The notes beneath the pieces are model-generated. The model ran no database searches and was not told where the DNA came from. It worked only from the letters and a program-made list of their open reading frames with translations. Position numbers and translations under genes: made by a program. A DNA stretch of 64,000 nucleotides from Fimicolochytrium jonesii (lineage: Eukaryota): contig NW_026515690.1 of NCBI RefSeq assembly GCF_025526975.1, positions 372,001-436,000 on the forward strand, read 5' to 3'. This document shows positions 1 through 12,538 of the stretch, one piece after another; within the stretch, counting starts at the first letter, position 1, and each line of letters starts with the position of its first letter.

Positions 1-1332
1 AGAGGGCGCGGATGGCCGGGTCGTCGCACATGAAGTTTACCGTGTCCTTTCCTGTAGTCGAGGATATTGAACTGAGTGGATGCTTCTCCCCGCGCTTTGA
101 GATATACCGAGTGCATCACATACCACCGTGAACGACGTTAAGCACACCTTTGGGCAAACCAGCCTCCTCAGCCAGCTTCGCCAGCAACATCATGGCTCCC
201 GGATCCCGCTCAGAGGGCTTCATGATGCAGGTGTTTCCGGTAGCGACGGCCAATGGAAACATCCACTACGGACAGCAAATTGCACGTATTAGATATGGAA
301 ATATTTGGCGTGTGGACTGAAGTCTTGAGAAAGCTTACCAAGGGAATCATAGCAGGGAAGTTGAAGGGCGCAATCCCACCCACAACCCCAAGCGGTTCAC
401 GGATTGTGAACGTGTCCATGTCGGTGGCCACAGGCAACTTCTCGCCCATGAGGAGGGAGGGTATACCACAGGCGTTCTCAACACTTTGAAACCGCAATGG
501 GGGGTCAGTAACTTCGCCAATATCTTTCGATTTCGCATATCCCCCGCCTCAATGCAGTCTCAAACTCACACTTGCAACCCACGCAGCACATCCCCCTTCG
601 CATCCGGGAACGTCTTTCCCTGCTCGGTCGTGATGGACGTCGCAAGCGCATCCTAAACACACATATCGGCAAAACATCGCCCCAATTAGTCCCCTCCGCC
701 ATCCACCCAACCCCCCACATCAACGCTACGAAGCCCACTCCCTCGATGCGCATACCATGTTATCCCTAACAAGCAGCTGCAAATTCATCATGACCCTCTG
801 CCTCGCCAACACGCTCGTCTTCTTCCACGTCTTGAACGCCTCTGCCGCCGTGCGGGACGCGTACTCGAGCTCCTTTGGGGTCGCTTGCGGGACCATCGTT
901 ACGAGCTCTTGGGTTGCCTTGGGGGGTAGGTGGTGTCAGTCTGACACACTGGAGATCATGTTTACGTCCCGGCAAAAGAGTCAATTTTTTTTTTTGTCAA
1001 CTTCGTATACATACCGGGTTCCGTAGTTCAAACCACTGATCGGCCTGACTTTCAAAGAACTCTCCATTGACGTACAGCTGGGTGTTGGGCACCTTCTTGT
1101 CGGCCGTGGTGGTGGATGGTTTGGCGGCGGCGGACGCGGCGGAGGCGAGTGTGCATCGTTGCTGCTGGAAGCGGGCTAGAGGCTGGTAGCGGACCGGAGC
1201 GGAGGAAGGTGAGTATGGACTTTGGGAGGAAGAGAAAGTAAAGTGTAAACAAATCGGGAATGGGAGTGAACACACTAAGCATACCCGGGCAGCGAGGGCC
1301 CGCGAGGCGGCGAGACAGGTCCTGAAGTGCAT
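1..1332 (-). CDS. ALDH6A1: Methylmalonate-semialdehyde dehydrogenase (ALDH6/MmsA family), mitochondrial; spliced, runs off the left edge
   Basis: Exons translate to [16 protein letters not shown] (Arg-rich transit-like), [44 protein letters not shown] and [19 protein letters not shown], which are MMSDH-type motifs. GT-AG introns lie between them. Confidence 0.92.
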
Positions 1333-1911
1333 TGCGAGGAGGGTGTTGTGGGAGGATAAGGGGGGTATGCGGAACTGCTGGGAGGAGGAAGCCGGGGGCT
1401 GCAGGACTGGAGTGGAGTGGTGCTTTTCAACCTGGTGGACGAAGCAAGGAGAAAAAAAGGCTTCTTCTGAACGAACCCGCTTGAGAGGAACACAGGGGGA
1501 GCACCAGCAGGTCATCAATGCATGTCGCGTGCCCTCTCGACGCGTATTCTTCTTATGATCCCGCCTGCCTCCATTGGCCGTCGGCGAGCGTTCGCAATCA
1601 TATGAGACGGACAACAGCGAGATGAACAGGACAACGCTTATACATAAGAAGAACATAGGGAAAGAAGAGAGCACGAAAGAAAACTACACCTAGATACATA
1701 TGACGAGACAAGAAGGGGATGGATAAAACTGTACTTTCTATGCGCGGTATGTTGTGTACGGAGAAAAGAGAGAGAGTCTGTCTACAAATGATGGGCTATA
1801 TGAAAACGGAGGAAATTTGAAAAAGAGGTGGAAAAAGGAACGACGAAGACCAACCAAGCTGTGATGAAATCTCGAAGCAATCGGAGTAAAGTGACAGATG
1901 CCAAGACGTCT

Positions 1912-4319
1912 CTAAGCCGCAATCTTAACCTTGCCCAAGCTAATAAGCCCCCTCGGCACGCCCCCCCGTTCCAACATCTGCTGATACGTCGCCCGCACCC
2001 AATTCTTCGTCGCGCCATACCTCCACGTCATCCGCCACACAGACCTCAACCAAGTGCTCTCAACCCGTCCCCACCCGCCCTCCGCGCGCGCCTCGGTTAT
2101 GATCGTGTTGCACACCAGCACGCGCTGCTCGTCGAAGGTGCGGGCAAGCTCGCCGAGCTGGTTTTCGAGCTGTTGTTGGGGGGACATGGTGATCACCGTC
2201 GAGTCCTGGCGGGAGAGGGTCGCTGCTGGCACGGGGGCGGGGGCGATGTCGGCGGGGTTGGGAGCGCCGGGCATCAAGGGGTGTGCGGATCCGGGGGCCG
2301 CGGACGAACTGTCGAGCGAGATGTGCGCCGGCGGGGTGTGGAGGAAAGGGATGGAGGCAATGTTCTGGGCGGATGTGGCTGCAGCGGCCGCGGCGGTGCG
2401 TTGGTGGTGCGGGGCGAGGTGCTTGGCGATCAGCTTGGCGAGCAGGCACGCGTCGGCGATGGCGAGGCCGCCGCCAAGGGATCCGAGGGCGTTGGTGGCG
2501 ACCGGGTGGGCGGCGTCGCCGATGGCGATGATGCGCCCGGGGTGGAAGTTGGGCGAGGTGTAGCTCTTCATGTACTCGTCGGCCAGGTCGAGGATGTCCA
2601 TTGCGTGGGTCAGGGACGGGTCGGCGCGGTCGATAAGCGCCAAGAAGGTGGTGGGGATGGAGGCGTGGCGCGCGGCGAGAGATGCGGCCAGCTCCTTGGC
2701 GTTTCGGCCCGACATATGAGTGGTGGGATCCTCTGTCGTAGCTCCGCTCGTTCCAAAGGCGGCAGCGTCTTCAGCCGCGTTCTTGACAGCAAGAATGTCC
2801 TCGCGCTGCAGACGCAATTGTCGCTCAAACGCCGTCTCAATACGGTTGCTCCGACGCGGACGGTTGGACGAGACGGAAGACACCGATCCGGAAGGAGAAG
2901 GGGGTGCGGACGCGGAAGCAAGGCCACCGTTCAAGGTCAAACTGCCCAAAGCATTCGACACGGGGTCAGTGAGCGTATCGATGCTGCCAACGCTACGAGC
3001 AGGCGAGACGCCTCCGGGAGGGGGATCCGGCAAGCTTCCCTCGGTGACACCGTCGCTGGTGACGTGTTCGACCTGAAAGTACGAGGAGGACGATCGTGGC
3101 TTGGGAAAAGGAGAGGACGGTCCTGGCGATCCAGACCGCAAGTCCTCAGCTTCCGCCTCCGCCTTGGCCTTTGCCTGTTTCTCCGCCGCGAACTGGGTGG
3201 TATGGAAGTGAGGAGTAGGCTGAGCGACCACGAGGTTCCACCCGAGCATGCCGTTTCCAATGTTGTTGATCCCCATTGCGAACCCGCGCCCGACAAGGGA
3301 AACAGCGTTGCCGTCTGGGCACAATCGGAGAATGTCTTCCGTGCGCACGGGACTGACCAGGCTGCCGGTATGGTCAGCGTCATCATAGCTGTTGTCCAAT
3401 CGCGTAATACCGTGAATGACGGCGGCACCAGCGTGCTGAATCGGGGTACTGAAACGACGAGTCCCGAGCAGCTCTCGCACCTTGGAGTGCGTTCCGTCCG
3501 CTCCAATGATCATAAAACCGTACTCGACGGCGCCATTCATGAACCTGGCGGTGACGTTGCCGGAGTTGGCAGAAACCATGAAGGAGTCCAACTCGTAGCC
3601 CAGCATCAGGTCGGGGATGAGCTCAGCATACCCTTCGTCGGCAAACCAGGTGGGCGTCTGGGCGATATCCGACTGCGCGCCTTCCGAATCCGTGTCCGGC
3701 ACAGAAGGAACGAACTTGTCGCCGTCAATCAAGTCCTCACGGATGCCACCCAGAGCCTGGAGTAGCAGACGGGTGAGATCCATCTTCCTCAGACCAATCA
3801 TGGGTGGCGCTCCGGAGTTGTTCGTGGGGCGATGGCCCATCTCGGGATCCTGTTGCATGTGGAACATCCAAGTTAACAAAACCTGTCGCTATTCTTCCTT
3901 ACCAACCGTATATCAATTACGAATATTGAGCTCGCACTCTTCCTCACCTGAGCACCGCCGCCCACCTCCTCATCATCCGGCGGGTACGCCACCAGCGTCT
4001 CCCTCGTATCCGCATCAATACTCCTCGTCGCATGGATCGCACTCGCAATTTTGCTCAAGCGTCCCCCCAACTCCAGCTCCAGCAACAAATCATACGCCCA
4101 CTTCCACAAGATCCAATGCTGGGCCATGTTGGTCGTGTACGCCGTCTCGGCGGGGTCCGCTTCGAAGATGATGGGACGCAGGTTGAGACCCGTGGCTGCG
4201 GCGATACGCTTGATGGCGAGCGCGGTGGTGAGACCGGCTACACCGCCGCCGATGATCAGGATGCGGAGCTCTTCTTCCTGTTGGAAGGTCGAGGTATTGA
4301 TTCCGTCTACTTCTTCCAT
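1912..4319 (-). CDS. FAD-dependent aromatic monooxygenase-like protein (FAD_binding_3 type) with long Ser/Pro-rich insertions; at least 2 exons
   Basis: Motifs IIGGGVAGL (Rossmann), IGADGTHSKVR (DG) and AIGDAAHP..G.GGGLAIADA (GD). A predicted intron at 3883-3947 joins ORFs 3873..4439 and 1912..3879. Start codon is tentative. Confidence 0.8.
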
Positions 4320-5959
4320 CTTGACGGGTGTAATTGGGGTAATGGAATCGATGTCTGTGCAGAAAACGGTGGGTAAGTTCGAGTACAGCACAGCGAGGAG
4401 CTGAGGAAAGGGAACAAGAAACCCTCCACCGCTGGACATACCTCTCTACTGATATATACTTGAGCTCTCGAAGCTCAATTGTTCCCACGGAATGTGCAGT
4501 CACCGCCACAGACAAGTCGCGGTCGTTGGGATGAAGGCTGAGTTCACAGAATGTTCCTCAACCGCAGTAGTAAAAGGAAAGAGCCTCCGGAATATAGACG
4601 ACACAGCAGTAAGTGAAGGATGACAAGTGTCAGCGCAATGACGGAGGGTGTCTTCTTCTATTCTGTTAGGGAGTTCAGCGGGAGTGGTGGTGTTGTTTCC
4701 CTTTCGCAGTTTCAGAAAGGGAGCTCCTGCCTGTGTGCGTGCGTGCAGGCCGTCCGCTTGAAGATGAATTCATGGATGTCTTCCTGATGATGATGATTGT
4801 GCGGCATTCTTCCCCCCGTGGGCGCGTCTACCGATGACTCCCAAGTGGAAAGCCTCACATAAAAAGCCTCGCTCCCAACTGTCAGAGTCCAACTCCAAAT
4901 GTCGGAGTTGGCGCCCCTCCCCCCCCCCCCCTGCGAAAGTATTCCCTCGAAGTTCAGACGGTACTCCGTATGCTGACATCTCAATAATTCTTCACGACAT
5001 GACAGAAGACACATAGCAAAAACGGACGACCAATCATCCAAATGTTTCACGTTATCCTACTCCATCGTTGAGGTGCATTCTACTGCACACCCAGCCTCGT
5101 TCATCTCCCGCTCGGCAAGGACCAGTCCGTGCCCCCCAGGATCCACCCCATCAACGGTCCCGCAAAGGGAGCATTTCGCCCCCGTCTCTCATCACCTCCT
5201 GCCCGAACCCCTCGACGCCGTATCCCCCCACCCTCAGCTCCCCGCGCGCTGATCGTAGTAGATGCACCCCACGCTACAGCCTTCCCTGCGGTGACGACAC
5301 CACGGTTCTGGACAGCGGCTCTGCCTCTGCCGCAGCACACCGCGTTGGTATCCGTCGTTGCCGGTTCGTCGGAACCCCGTTGTGGGGGGGTATGCGGGGG
5401 CGTCGTTGGCCGACGTTGTCTCTGCCTTTCCTCCAGAGTCGTAACACCCGACAGGATCTTGCGGATGGCCACGGTCGGCTTCTGATTGAGACCCGGCAGC
5501 GGGGGCGCTTTGCTCCGGTAGGTGTGTGGGAGCCTCGTCGTGCGGCTGCGGGATCGTCGTGCCGCCCGTCGGCTGCTTGGGCTGCAGTGTCGCTCCCTGA
5601 CGGCCTCCATGATGGGAGACCGTGATCGTCGGCTCCTCGAACATGGGTTGGGACCTCGTGGACTCGCGGGGCACGATTGCCCATCCAAACGACAACGAGT
5701 TGGGGCCTCGACTGTCCATTGTAGTGAATCCCATCGCCATGGGAGGTGTCAGCATAAGGGGTTTCCTTTAATTTTTCACAGCGTGTATATGCATGGGTAC
5801 ATGGAAACAGACGACAAAACTGAAAATGGGCATCCACACCCTACCTCAAAAAAAACGATGCTTCCATCACACCACCGTAGTCACACCCCTCCCCGCCCAA
5901 AAAAAAAGAAGCATGGAAATATACATCCACGAAGACCCTCAGAGATTCGCGACGTTTCT

Positions 5960-8329
5960 TCACCGCCCCTTACTCCTCAACTTCTCGCCAACCTTATGCA
6001 ACAGCGCCTTCACCAGCATCGAGTGGCGCGTGCGTTTGGATTTGAGGTCGATCGTCACCTGCCCCTTCTCCGTCTTCGCTCCCTCTCGCTTCTCGCGAGG
6101 CGCCGGGCCCACTTTCACGGACCCATTCGCAGGCTGTTTGGGGGGCTGTTTGCTGATCTCGCTCTCGATATGCATCATCCTGAACTGTTTCAAAAGCGCG
6201 TCGGTGCCGTCGGCGGGTTTGGTTGTTGAGGGGGTGCGGGTGGTGCGGGTGGGTTGAGGTGGTGCAGCGCGCGGGGTCGCTGTCGGTGTCGGTGTACCTG
6301 TTGCTGTGGCAGTGGCAGTGGCAGTGGGCGTCGGCTGGGCAGGTTCAGGCGCCGCCTGCTGCAACGGGATGGTGAGCAACACCGGCAGATGCAGTGCGCC
6401 AAAGTGTTCCATTTCCGGTGGGTAGTAGGGGTACGTTTGCTGTTGTTGTTCTTGTGGCAGGACCGTGGGGGTTGGCGCCGCGGGCATCGCTGTTGACGAT
6501 AAGGACCGTGAAACTGGCTGCTGTCTCGGCACGACGTTCCCAGCCCGCATCGTTGGCGCTGGTGTAGGCTGCGGGGCAGTGAACGTGAAGTTACCCGTCG
6601 GCGCAGGCGTGAATTGGGTCGCCATGAACGGCTGTTGTATCCCGGACTGTGGTTGCGTAAACCCGTTCGCGGTGGGTGTGGGTCGCGCGAAAGAGTTGAT
6701 GTTCGAGTTTGTGATGGGTTGGAAATCGTTGATGGGGTAGGTGGGCACGGGACCCGGGCCGAAGTTTTCAGGAGGGGTGGTTGGCGGCTGCTGGTAGGTG
6801 GATGCCGCCATCTGTAGTTTGGATAGGTCGTCGGTGGCGTACAGCTGCGGGTTGTACGCGGCCATCGTCGATGATACGTCTCCACCCAGCGAGCCGTTGG
6901 GCAGGTACCCGGCTCCACCATTCGCAATCCCATCCAAATCCAACCCCGCCGCAGGATCAAACCCGTCCGCCACCCCCAATCCCGGATAATAACTCGAATC
7001 ATCAATCTCACTCGACAACTGCAACAAGAACTGATTCAGCTCATCCAGATCCTCCACAGGGTGCGCATCCAGCGAATTGAACTGCGGCTGGCCAGTGGGC
7101 TCCTCAAAAAGTAAGGCCGCAATCTCGTCCAGTTTCTGCGCAAGCACCGGGTCATTCGGGTTGTTTGATTTCTTCTTTTTGTAGTCCATCATGAAATCGT
7201 CGACGAGGTCGTAGCCGCGTTTGTTGGTGCGGGGGTAGGAATCGTTGACGCCGGTTGGGTCGAGTTCCAGGCCGGTGGAGGGGTTCAGGGGGGGACTGAA
7301 ATCGGAAGCGAATAGGCCGTCGATTGCGCCGGATGTGAAGGCGGGGTCAATGTCGAAGAAGCTGCGGTCGAAGGACGCGTCTGTGCCTTCAGAGACGAAG
7401 CTTTCTCCGGGGTTCAAGGGATTCTGAGAGTTTGAGAATAAGAATCGATCGACGGGCGCCGTCGCAGGAGGCGGGGAAATGTCGGAGAAGAACTGTTGAT
7501 TCTGTGATGCATCTGTAGCGGGGGGGAAATGTTAGCACCTTGCCATATTACTCGGGAGGAAACACAGAGAACATACCTGGAGACTCCTCAGTGGCCCACC
7601 CGGACCCCACATCCGAATACGACGGGTCCGATGAATATGGCGAAAAGTCCCCCTGCGCGCCCGGCACAAGGTAATCAGGTAACGGCGTCGTGGCATGAAC
7701 AGGTGAACGGCCGTCGGGTTGAGTGAACCCGGACGCGGCGGACGAGAACGATGCTGATCGCTCGCTCTTCACAGTGGCTGTGGATTTCGCGGCACTGCTT
7801 CGTCGTCTGGTTTGCGCGATGGGGCGAGGGACTCGCAGTGTGGAGTTGTCATTGCCGTCTGCGGCATCGGCTTCGTCTTGATGTAGTTTGTCGTGTTTCT
7901 TTTTGTCTTGAGGGCGTTTGAACGCTCTTCCACAGATCTATTATGAGAGAGAGTAAGTCTTTAGATTCAAATGCGTGCAGGACGGCAATATGGATCAGGG
8001 GGTTACGATACCTCACAGACATGTGGTTTAAAGGGCACATGAATCCGAATATGGCTCGTAACATGATCCCGCTTATTGAACGGATGCGCAGTACATCCCT
8101 CCCACGCACACTCGAGCGACAGATTATTCGTCGTCTTTCTGCCGATATGGGCGTTGGTGATGTGTTCGTAGAGCAACTCCGCGTCGGAGAACAATTCAGA
8201 ACACCGTTCTGGTTTGAGCCACTGACATTGGTAGAGGTCGGCGGAGGTCGTAGACGGTGAGCGGGACGCTCTGTCGAGGGCTGGCGCTGAACTTTGGCCG
8301 CCGTCTGCTAGTGACGAGGGGGCTGCCAT
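5960..8329 (-). CDS. pacC: PacC/Rim101-family pH-responsive C2H2 zinc-finger transcription factor; spliced
   Basis: Three fingers match the PacC signature: [52 protein letters not shown](intron)[20 protein letters not shown] long P/Q/T-rich C-terminal exon (5960..7417) follows. Confidence 0.9.
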
Positions 8330-8566
8330 TTTTTTTTCAGATGTGACGAACCTTAGGTTGGAACACTGGATGGTTTTGTGAGAGTGCGAGATTTCGTTGA
8401 CGCGGAGACGGAGGTTTCTGGTGGCAAGTTCTGCTGTGAAGTGGGGGACGTTCCTTTCTGCACGGACAATATAAACCCGCTCCGGCAAGTTTACGTGGCT
8501 TCCGTTGGAGATGTGCTTAGTCTTTGGCGTCGGTGTTGGGTTGGGGGGAGATGGGCAGCTGGCGAC

Positions 8567-8603
8567 GCCAAGAAATCTCATATGGGATCCGAGGGGAGCC
8601 AAG
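8567..8603 (+). promoter_or_regulatory. Two GCCAAG hexamers (PacC consensus GCCARG) upstream of the pacC-like gene
   Basis: GCCAAG at 8567-8572 and 8598-8603, about 240-275 nt upstream of the pacC ATG. The motif is short and could occur by chance. Confidence 0.35.
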
Positions 8604-8731
8604 TTGTGATGAGGGAGTCTGTTGGGGGGGGGGAGTCGGGGCTTGTTGCGCCGCACCGCCGATCCCCTCTCTCCGCTCCCCTCCCCTGAGTCAGTCCGGA
8701 CTCCGGCTGGTCTGGTTCATGAGGACTCTCA

Positions 8732-8739
8732 CAGTCACG
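8732..8739 (+). promoter_or_regulatory. HomolD-like box (CAGTCACG) upstream of RPS3
   Basis: CAGTCACG about 220 nt upstream of the RPS3 ATG; a pyrimidine tract (ctctctctttcgcc) lies at about 8909-8922. Confidence 0.35.
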
Positions 8740-8959
8740 TGCGCTCAGGCAGGCCGCGCATTTCAAAGTGACCTCCACGTGAGGAGAAGAATTCACTCGC
8801 GCCCCCGCGTGCGCACCTCGCAGTCGCGACTCCCCTGGGTGCGCCGGATCGTGCCGTGCACCCCCGCTCTGGCACCATATGCGAATTCGCTTCCCAACAC
8901 CCACATTGCTCTCTCTTTCGCCTGCCTTTCGGTTGCATCGTATAGCACACTCAGCAATC

Positions 8960-10373
8960 ATGGCTCAGATCAGCAAGAAGAGAAAGGTAATGCATCCACT
9001 CGCCACCACCTGCCACCACACTACCCCGCACCATCACGCACGGACGATTTCGGTGGATGGATGGATGGATGGATGGATGAAGGAGTGGATCGGATGGATG
9101 GATGCTTTTATGGACTCGAGTGGGGAATTCGGAATGTTGAACGACGCATGCGGAAGCGACCTATGCTCGGATGTTGAACTAGGGACAGCAAGGGACGGCT
9201 AGGTCTTGGCCGCTGTTGGAGAGGCATAGACAAGGGGCTATTGGAGGATTCCATTGTCGTTGGAATGCAATTGGATGGAGACGATGTTGGGAATTTTGGA
9301 CGGGTGATCGATCACATACGACCTGCGGGAAGGCATTCGAAATGAGAGTTGACGGCTGACGAATCGACTCTCCTCTACCCTCTCCCGAATCCCACAGTTC
9401 GTTGCCGACGGTGTGTTCTTCGCCGAGCTCAACGAGTTCCTTACTCGTGAGTTGGCCGAGGAGGGTTACTCTGGCGTCGAAGTCCGTGTGACCCCCGCCC
9501 GCACGGAAATCATCATCCGCGCCACCCGCACCCAGAACGTTCTCGGAGAGAAGGGTCGCCGCATCCGCGAGCTCACCTCCGTCGTCCAGAAGAGGTTCAA
9601 CTTCCCCGAAAACACCGTCGAGCTGTACGCTGAGAAGGTCAACAACCGCGGTCTCTGCTCCATCGCTCAGGCCGAGTCTCTTCGTTACAAGCTTCTCGGT
9701 GGTCTGGCCGTCAGGAGGTGCGTTTGGCGGAAAGAGAGAAATGCATTTGGAGACAGATGGGGCGAAAGTTTGGGGGCGGTGGAACTTATCGATGTTCCAT
9801 AATATAGGGCGTGCTACGGTGTCGTCCGTTTCATCATGGAGTCTGGCGCCAAGGGATGCGAAGTTGTCGTCTCTGGCAAGCTCCGTGGTGCTCGTGCAAA
9901 GTCCATGAAGTTCGTTGACGGATTCATGGTATGTAAAGGGGAAAGCGGCTACGAAAAAATAATCGAATGTGGCGACTTGCGTGGGGAGAATCTCAACCTA
10001 CGACATATTCCTCTAGATCCACTCTGGACAACCCACCCGCGACTACATTGACGAGGCTGTCCGTCACGTCCTTCTCCGTCAAGGTGTGTTGGGTATCCGC
10101 GTCAAGATCATGTTGGACTGGGACCCTACCGGAAAGACCGGCCCCAAGAAGCCCCTTCCCGACATGGTCACCATCCTCGAGGTATGAACACCGTTTTTCC
10201 TTTTGCGCCATGTCTCAAATGCGAACATTTCATTGACTTGAACTTTTCTACCAATCCCACAGCCCAAGGAAGAGGAGCCCATCCCCGCCCCCATTGCTGT
10301 CCCCACCGCCGCCCCCGTCGAAACCCCCGCCGCCGCTCCCTCGGAGCAGGCGCCCGTCGAAGCCTCTGCATAA
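8960..10373 (+). CDS. RPS3: 40S ribosomal protein S3 (uS3); 5 exons
   Basis: [69 protein letters not shown]...[26 protein letters not shown]; stop TAA at 10371-10373. Confidence 0.98.
9054..9104 (+). repeat. Imperfect (GGAT)n microsatellite in RPS3 intron 1
   Basis: tggatggatggatggatggatggatgaagg..ggatcggatggatggatg. Confidence 0.85.
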
Positions 10374-10843
10374 ATATAATCCCCTCCAACCTTCGCATGC
10401 CACCACCCACCACTCCCACTTCATATCCGATGCAGCATTTGACGTGCAGGGTTTGCAGACTGCTGGTGTTTATTTGTGTATACACGCTTCAATAAGAAAT
10501 GAAAACGCGAAAAAAAAACACCTTCGAGGGCAGCAATACGAGCTGTGAGGGATCTCCTGTTCGGGTAGTGTCTGGCAAACGCTCTGTCTATCGTTGGCAT
10601 TTTGCTACGGATTACACAATTTGCCCCGGCAGCGACGTGCGTCGAACTCGGGGCATATGTCGGGCTTGCAGGTGGACGTAGGCGCTTTCGGTGGTCTTTG
10701 TCCTCGTAACGAATGTAGGCTGCGTCCCGCTGAGGGGAACTCCAATGTCGTCTTCTTGAATGCATCTATGAAGGACACACATTCCAGAAGAAACCTCGCT
10801 GATGATACGACTGAGCAGGCACCTCGAGGCGAAATGCCGTGTG

Positions 10844-10916
10844 CCATGTCCCTAACCCTAATACCATACCTGGAGGGGACCATGTCCCTAACCCTAATAA
10901 CCATACCTGGAGGGGA
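10844..10916 (+). repeat. Tandem duplication (36/37-bp units), each unit containing the telomere-like CCCTAACCCTAA
   Basis: ccatgtccctaaccctaata(a)ccatacctggagggga occurs twice head-to-tail. Confidence 0.85.
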
Positions 10917-11173
10917 GTCAAGCCCTGAACCACGATCCACCATAATGGAAGCCCCAAGTCTGTCTTGCGGTGAGCCGCAAATCTCGCCAATTTGAACAAG
11001 ACCCCAATTCGGCAACTCGACGCGCCGATCCCGTCCGTAAATAGACTCGAGTCAAAGCCTCACTTGACTCCTGCCCCAGCCGCCAAACAAAAACCTTATA
11101 AAACGGCTCGACATCCCGATCTCCACCACCTCAACCAGAATCACCTCCTCTCCAGAATTATATACCAAAACAA

Positions 11174-12538
11174 ATGCGCGACAAATTCAAACCCATAGTC
11201 GGCTGCATGGCCCTCGTCGGCACCATCAGCGCCTTCTTCCTCCTCTCCGACTTTTCCGAACCGGGGCGATGGACCTACACCCGTTCGCACACCCCGCCAC
11301 CGGTGCCAGTCGTCGGCAACTCGCAGGCCAAAGCCGTCGTAACGTCTCCGGTGGCTGCAGGCAATGATAGCAATGTGGATGCGTATGTGAAATGTTTGAC
11401 GGACGTGAAGGGGAATAGGGATATGTATGATGTGGAGAAGTGTATCAGTGATATCCGACAGTGAGTTCCGACTACCGGCACCTATCACCGTGGACGGAAA
11501 ATAAGGCTGACCATGTGATTGTCACTTTTAGTGGAGAGCAGCTCCGCCTCATGGACAAGATCCTCGAGCTCCCGCGGGATAAGCTGAGCCGGTACACGGG
11601 AACGGGCGCCTACGCCTACGTGTCGAGGTGGAAGATATTTGATCTGTTCAAGCCAGTGTATGAGTGTAATGCGTTGGATTTGTTGAGGATTGGGGCGCCG
11701 TCGAAGGTTTCTGATACTGGGAAGTGGTTGTGGTAAGTCTTGGGGGGATTTCGAATTGATGGGGGGAAAAAACGACCAGGGAATCTGATTTCTACGTATC
11801 TCCCTTCGATACCCCAGCTCCGACAAGCTCACCTTCGGCAAAGACAACAAATGCGTCATATACTCCCTCGGCTCCAACAACCAATTCGATTTCGAACAAG
11901 AGATGAAACGCCTCTTTCCCAAATGCACCATCCACACCTTCGACTGCACGGGCGACTGGAAGGATCCCTCAACGACCTACCATAAATGGTGCATTGGCGC
12001 TAAAGATGAAGTGGACAGCCTCGGCCGGCAGTTCAAGCGCGTGTCGACGATTAGCAAGGAGTTGGGGGTTGAGACCGTGAGCCTTTTGAAGATGGATATC
12101 GAAAAGTACGTGTTCAATCTCTCAAGTGTTGCGATCGGTTCGATACTCTCGTCGCTAACGATATACTTTTCCTCTCAGCTTCGAATGGGGTTTCTTCCTC
12201 GACCTTCTCAACGAGCCCGCCGAAGACCGCCCGAAACAGGTCCTCGTCGAGTTCCACGGCGGCATGCCGATCGACAAGGTGCCCGTGCCATGGAAGATTG
12301 CGCCAAGTTTCTTTGAGGGGTGGAACGATAACTGGGCGATCCCGGTCGCGAGGATGGTTAAGTTGTTTGGACAGTTGGGGTATCGGATTGCGTTCCAGGA
12401 GAGGTAAACTGCCTGCGGGTATGGTCAGCCTGTCGTTTGTGTGCGGAGTCTTACGATTTCTTTCTATGATGGCTCGTTAGGAACCGATGGGGAGATTTCG
12501 CAACGGAGATCATCCTCCTCCACGAGACCGCGCTGTAG
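11174..12538 (+). CDS. Methyltransf_22/METTL24-like SAM-dependent methyltransferase with an N-terminal membrane anchor; spliced
   Basis: Hydrophobic N-terminus (IVGCMALVGTISAFFLL), then DTGKWL, CVIYSLGSNNQFDFEQEM..CTIHTFDCT, LLKMDIE and QVLVEFH. The last exon ends in TAG at 12536-12538. Confidence 0.8.

Noticed and set aside
1828..3765. 645-aa plus-strand ORF
   Set aside because: Antisense shadow of the monooxygenase in GC-rich DNA; no motifs.
5068..5837. Several overlapping 170-195-aa ORFs
   Set aside because: Arg/Pro-rich with no recognisable domain and no way to choose a frame. A small gene is not excluded.
8987..9398. snoRNA in the long RPS3 intron 1
   Set aside because: No convincing box C (RTGATGA) and box D pair with a terminal stem.
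10799..10836. Hammerhead-like CTGATGA...GAAA
   Set aside because: Stems I-III cannot be formed.
10861..10920. Resemblance of ataccatacctggagggga to the U1 snRNA 5' end
   Set aside because: The ACTTACCTG splice-site-pairing sequence is not exact, and no U1 stem-loops or Sm site are evident.
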